From Aplysia californica (taxonomy: Eukaryota): a stretch of DNA of 64,000 bases. How positions within the stretch are numbered: the stretch's first letter is position 1; the number at the start of each line of letters is the position of its first letter. The DNA is taken from assembly GCF_000002075.1 (NCBI RefSeq), contig NW_004797280.1, forward strand, positions 2,022,592 through 2,086,591, written 5' to 3'. Shown piece by piece: positions 58,282 through 64,000 of the stretch. The position numbers and the translations under genes were made by a program. Under the pieces are notes generated by a model. That model was not told the DNA's origin. It saw only the letters and a program-made list of their open reading frames with translations, and did no database searches.

Positions 58282-60058
58282 GATAATACTCATTATAGGC
58301 CTATTATGTAGCCTAAGTTAAAAAATAGGTCAAACAAGATGTTTGTTACTGTACTATAAATATCGGCCAATGGCGTACTCCTAACGTTCTCTAACTATCC
58401 GCTTGTGTGTGAAACAAGACTTGTTTTTCCTAGTTTCTGAATACTGTAGTTAGTTTTAGTGAGAGTTTTACGGCACTTGCAACACAATAAGGTTCCCCGT
58501 GCGGCTGTACGAAAACGTGGTTATCTCGCCCGAGCCAGGGGTTACCCCGGGAAGACGCTTATTTTTATTGCTTTGTTCTTTGCGTCAACCCCAAATATCA
58601 TACCTCAATACACGCGGGAGAAATTGAGGCATTCACTGAATTAAAAATTTTTCCGATCTTTGGTGACAGCCGAGTTGTTATCGAAGAAAGAGGATAGGTT
58701 GGTAACGAGACCGAAACCTGCCGAATGGCACCGTGATTTTCCAGCTCTTCGTATTTGGAAGGTGTGGAGTCCATCTCACGGCGTCACTTTTCGCTCGATT
58801 CTGTTACTTTTAGTTAGCGTGACTCAGCAGCCTGCCGGAGCTCCCCGGCTTGGGGTCACGGGGTTAATGAGCCCTGAAGCGACTTTGCCGGTGTCGGTCA
58901 GGAAGTTAGCATTTTTGACTATGTTTAAAATGATATAACTTCTTCCCCATCCCACATAGCAAACCATTACGCGGGAACACAAACCCGACTCCCGGGGGAT
59001 GGGGGTTAATAACCTTTTAGACACTATTGACTGTTGTTACCACAGCTATGTGGGGTTCGAAAGGATAGCAATATAGATCAATTTACAAATGTTTTGCTCT
59101 CAAATTTTTCTTTTTACCTGCGCAATGGTTTTCAAAGCGGTATTCTTTTACTTACCCACCTCCTGTCTCTCACACTTACCTTCTAGATGTCAATTTTCTG
59201 CTATGTATTGATGCGCTGATTATGAATGTATCGACTTCATTTTCGTAGCAAATTAATAATTTTAAAAAATGTTTAACGTTTTTTCATCGAACTATGGTCA
59301 AAGTTGTGAAGCCTAATTGCGTAGTAATCAATCAGGGGTCATGTGCTCAATCAACCCCACCCCACCCCCTGAAGTAAAAAAAATCTTGAAGGACCCCCTG
59401 TTGTAACCCATAATTTGATGTTTTGCAGTTAGGTTTGAAATAAAAAAATTTTATAATTGATTTGCGACAGTTTTAATTGATGTGTGATCTGCTGCAAAAA
59501 ATACTGCAGTTTGATCCCCAAAGCAGTGCATCTCTGTTTGCAGGAGTGAAAGTAAAGAGTCAAATTAGATTTTTTTTTTCAAGTAATATCATTTTTTTAG
59601 GTAAGATCAAGCTCTTTTGAAAGATGAAGCGTTCTATATTCCTAAGAAAATGATGGAGCTGCATTTTCTTGATTTCGAGCTTCAGAATAAAATTGTTTTT
59701 CTTCAATCGCTGTCATGGGTATCATTTTTTCCAATGCAGTGCTGCCCTTCTTAACGACATTTCCTGAATGACTTTGAAACCGCTTGTTTCTTTAAAAATG
59801 GGGAAACTTGTATATTCAAGCAGAGCGCAATCCCCCCTGCACCTAGGTATACTGTACGTTAGTCTCCAAATCATGTCCTTGAACAAAAGTCAAAAGTCAA
59901 GCCGCAATATTATAAGCTCAAAAACAGGGTGCTGCTATTGTCTGTTTGTGATACTGATTTAGTATTATTTATGCATTTATCCAAGGCAATCAATAGAGTT
60001 GATTTAATATTTTTATTCTTACAACATTTTTTCCAAAGATAGCTAGACTGGTGTTAAT

Positions 60059-60708
60059 TATAGTGCCGTCAAAGATTCATTGTACAACTTATTGTCAAAT
60101 ATCTCCTCAACTATAGAACACAAACTCTCTAGCTTTTGCCCAGACACTTGTATCAATTTGTCTTAACAGATTAATATTTTTATAAACACCTGTTAGCTCT
60201 ATTCTAGAAAATTCCTTAATAAATACTAATAAAAAAATCCCAGTGGGTGGTTTGTACTGATTTAAAAGGTTTACAGCTGGGACAATTTTGCTTTTAAAAG
60301 GAAGTCTGTCATTGTTTTTCCAATCACGAGATTATCTTTCTTGAACGTATGTTTTGAGAACTTTTAGCGCAAAAGTGTGTTCTCTATAAAATTGATTTCT
60401 TGTAACCAGTTTTGCCACTAAAAATGTCATTGGTGAGCTGTGAAGTAAGCCACATGCGTACGCAAAATATGTGTGAGAAATGGGAAGTGCCGTGAACAAT
60501 TCCATTTTCCTCATGAAGGAGATTTGTAGTAGTTTATATAAATTAATGAAGAAAAGTTTTTTAATCTAGCCTCAATTGTTGTTGAAAAATATGAGTAAGT
60601 TAAGACAAATTGATACAAACTGCTGTGCAAAATATGGGTGTCATTGATTCACCCATTAAAAAGATATTTGAGGATAAGTTGCGCCTCAAATTTTTGACTG
60701 AACTATAG
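60059..60708. mobile_element. Degraded foldback/MITE with long inverted arms
   Basis: ttgtatcaatttgtcttaac (about 60148) vs gttaagacaaattgatacaa (about 60599), plus flanking inverted similarity. Confidence 0.55.
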
Positions 60709-60844
60709 TTGTTACTGTTGGATCAAAAGCTATGTAAAACGTGGTTGTCTAAGCCCTAAGCTCGAGGTTGTCCTGCTATAGACAAGCAAATGAGCAGCAA
60801 GTTTTTAATATTTTAATAATTGTGTCAGGTACTGCCAACACATT

Positions 60845-61180
60845 TTAGTTAAAACCTCTATCCAGCGATATAAAGAAGCAATATTCAGCAAGAACAGACA
60901 AATATAGAAATTCGTTCATACCAACTGCAGTGAGGTTACTGAACACACAGTGCTACAAATAAGATAAAGAGAGAGAGAGGGAGAAAGAGAGAGAATGTTT
61001 TACGGAGCGGGTTGTCCCAGCACGTGAGACATATATTTACTTGGCCTAATGTCCTGTCTTGTTGTGCGTTTGTGTGAGTGCACCTTGAAGTCTAACCTTT
61101 GTAACATCTACTGCCATTGTTAACGACCAAGAAAAATTTCTCCCTGCGAGGTGAATAAAGATTGTCATTGTCATTGTCAT
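60845..61180 (+). mobile_element. L2/CR1/Rex-group LINE 3' end
   Basis: SARTDKYRNSFIPTAVRLLN; AATAAAG followed by (ATTGTC)n tail. Confidence 0.7.
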
Positions 61181-61302
61181 AATGTTTTAGGGAGAAATTA
61201 TTTCTTTTTCGACAACTCAAACCAGTTTTGTTTTATTGACATGGTAGTTTTTGTTCTTTACGATATGAAACTTTAACTTGCCCTTTAAAATATCCACAGA
61301 CA

Positions 61303-61587
61303 ATGGCACCTTCAGTGCGGCGAAGACACACACCAGTCAATTATGCAAAACAGCTCCTCAGTGCAATTCAATCAATACGACAGCAAAAGCAAATCCCGAA
61401 TTTTGATAGAATCTCAAGGTTCCTTCAGCGTTACACAGACATCACCCCAAGAAGATGCAAGGAGCACTTGAATAATGCAGTCAGTGATGGTTTCATCGTT
61501 GAGTATACAGCTTTAGGAGTGAAAGGTCAGCGGACAGGTTTAGAACAAGAAGGATATCGATCAACTCAAGATGGAGATGAGGAGGAA
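61303..61587 (+). CDS. ZMYND11: Zinc finger MYND domain protein 11 (BS69), first coding exon, SAMD1-like winged helix
   Basis: AIQSIRQQKQIPNFDRISR and GVKGQRTGLEQEGY match the ZMYND11 N-terminus; acceptor ccacag at 61299, |gtaagt donor. Confidence 0.92.
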
Positions 61588-62820
61588 GTAAGTGCTGTTT
61601 ACTATAAATGAGTCAACCTATGTGTTTAAAATCTTTTAGTTTACGTTTCATATGTTTACAATACAGCAAGGCCATGAACATGGGTACAGTAGTGTCTGTA
61701 ACCGGAATCACGTTTGGAGGAAAGAACTCGTTTGCAGTCGTGCTCTGAAGCAAGTTTTGAAGGGGGGTCATTTGAAGTAAATATTCTGTAGTTTTTCGTT
61801 GTTTGATATGAGCCACCTTGCATCTGATCTTCTGCTGTGGATTGAGTCATTGAGCTGAGCTTGCGAGGAAATATGAATGAAGTTTTACTATGCCCAGCAG
61901 TCAAAGACAATGACCATCATAGTAACTGTAACGGCATAGTTTTCCCACACTGTCCACTACACATGTATGGTTCCAGGCTTTCCTCTAAATTGTGCAATTT
62001 GTCTCACACCTTTTCCTTACAAATCTTTTTATTCCTAGCAAAGCTGCAATTTCAAGTAATAAAAGAGTTACATGTAAAATGAATCATTCTAATCTATGGC
62101 TGATCAGTTTTTACAATAGCCCCGGAAAGATTTTGCTGTTATGATTTTGATAGGCTTGTCCGTGCTCCAATGAGTGATCATTATAATAAAGGAAATATTT
62201 GGTTCTGCGCTGCCAATGTGCTTTACTTTAAGGCAGATTGTCATGCTTTTATCTGGCAGGTCACTGTGTCAATTTAGATTGAGATGTCCAAATAAATAAT
62301 GTCACTGGATGTATGTACCTTGTTCTAAGAATATGAAAGTAAGATAAGGCACTTCATTTCATTTAAACTGATGTTTCAGTGAATGTATGACTACAAAAGT
62401 TCTGCCCTATGTGGTTGAACTGGTTTTCTTTTTTTTAAATGCTTTTCTTGTGTAAGTGAGATTTATTCTCACTACTTAATGTCATCGATGTAAAGTGCTC
62501 AGAGCTTATACTTGTGTGGGATAAATGCAAGTTATTGTTTTTGTATGTCAGCGACAAGGCTGAAGATAAAATGAAATATAATGTTTTGAACAAAAAAGAG
62601 ATTGTAAAGGTTATTTTCCTTCTCCTACTGACTAATTTCCAAAATCAATAACAGTAGGTTTCAGCTGCTACCCAAGCAATATTCAAAATTAATTCCTACC
62701 AAACTCAAATTATTTAAAATGTGTCTTGTGCGCTCATGTAACCTTATGCAGTTGCAAGTGCTGTATAACACCAAAACAAAAAACAAACTAATGACCAATT
62801 TCACGTTCTTGATTTTCCAG

Positions 62821-62964
62821 CAAGATGATGGCCATGACTGGTACTGTTTTGAATGTCACAGTCCTGGGGAAGTGTATGAGTGCAGCGACTGTTTTCGTGT
62901 CTACCACCAAGGCTGTACCCGTGAGGATACCACTGGGGAAGCTTTTGTCTGCAGTGTCTGTCGA
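62821..62964 (+). CDS. ZMYND11: ZMYND11 second coding exon, PHD finger (gene continues beyond the window)
   Basis: HDWYCFECHSPGEVYECSDCFRVYHQGC...FVCSVC; ttccag| acceptor, |gtaagt donor. Confidence 0.93.
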
Positions 62965-64000
62965 GTAAGTTTTATCTTCTGAATCAACCTTTTGTGTAAT
63001 GTAGTAAATTATTGGATCGTTTTAGACTTAAAAGCAGTTTGTTGCAGTGGAAGGATTTGTGAGTGTTGAGTGAAGTATTATAGAAATTTATGGGAATTCG
63101 ACCCTTTTTGTTGCCTTGGGTTTTTTTAAGGATACTAATTGAGGAGCTTGTAGATTCTGGTTTTTATCAGATTGAAGGAAAAATGAATTGTACCTTAAGT
63201 AAAAAGGTGTTTAGTTGGGTGTGCTTTTCTTTAACAGTTGTCATATTAATGTTGGAATTGAAAATGAGTAGTTGTGTGTAAAGTTTGTTTCATGTTCAAC
63301 TTATATTTGGAAATATTGAAAATTAAAAGAAAAGTAAGGGGTTATCAATGATCACATTCTTGGTTATTATGAGCATGATAAGACTGCTTTTGTCTGTACG
63401 AATAAAACATTTACCATACTAAGCTATAATCTTGGTGTCTGTTATTTTCAAAAAAGTATATTCAATTTAATAGATATAGTTGTACAAAAATACCTGTTTG
63501 TCTAATTCTTTTGTCATATTCCATCGTTGAAATTTGAAAAATTAATCTTGTAAGCCACAGTTATGCATTGTTTCTAATTTTTTTTCTCTGGGATTTCTCT
63601 CTTCACTTAAAAGGACAAAGAGGTATGGATCTTTATAATTGATAACCCTGACTTGCTGCTGATTAATTGCCCATTTCACTAAAGTGATTAACATGATCTT
63701 CAAATGTGAAAAACATTATATTCAATATAGTCACATAATTTGCCTTCCACAAGTAATACATAACTTACTAGCACAAAAATACTTGTAGTTCTAGTCCCCA
63801 TAAGTACATCTGACTCTCTAAAATTGTATCCTCTTTCACAGTTCTTTGCAAAGTATCTTTTTCTCATTACATTAATAATGTTTTTAACCTTTCTTAAGAG
63901 TGAAAGTATTCCTCATGCTAGAGATCAAAATCTATGCAGATGAACGTTTTTAATCCTAACTTTGTTGTAATTTTTTTATCACTTTGCTTTACTTTCTATA

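Larger units (their letters stand above)
56872..58392. mobile_element. Outer MITE with TIR AGAGAACGTTAGGAGTACGCCATTG hosting the 57082-58281 element
   Basis: About 40-bp inverted match between 56872-56920 and 58351-58392. Confidence 0.7.

Noticed and set aside
63590-64000. Possible third ZMYND11 coding exon
   Set aside because: No frame with recognisable bromodomain-proximal sequence and convincing splice sites was found inside the window.

Overview
AT-rich, intron-rich animal genomic DNA, probably a mollusc/gastropod (inferred from Nin/Deu-type SINEs and (AGATCT)n arrays). I reconstructed three spliced protein-coding genes by hand from GT-AG boundaries and reading-frame continuity. (1) WDR6/Trm734 on + (24 coding exons, 1113-24467, 1259 aa). 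(2) FTCD on - (14 coding exons, 55202-32558, 540 aa), convergent with WDR6. (3) The first two coding exons of ZMYND11/BS69 on + (61303-62964), divergent from FTCD and running off the window. WDR6 has two frame-supported minor-spliceosome-type (U12, GTATCCTTT) introns. Introns and intergenic DNA are dense in mobile elements. These include tRNA-derived SINEs whose different bodies share one hairpin 3' tail, RTE and other LINE fragments, and Tc1/mariner (TA) and piggyBac (TTAA) MITEs. There is also an unclassified TAGCAATG-terminated DNA transposon group with 6-7 bp target duplications, two ~1.8 kb copies of which bracket FTCD exons 2-3. Most ORFs in the supplied track are spurious or are exon read-throughs. 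There is no CRISPR array or prokaryotic-type system, and I could not support a wholly new coding system. The best leads are the U12 introns, the TAGCAATG elements, the shared SINE tail and the promoter-proximal AGATCT arrays.
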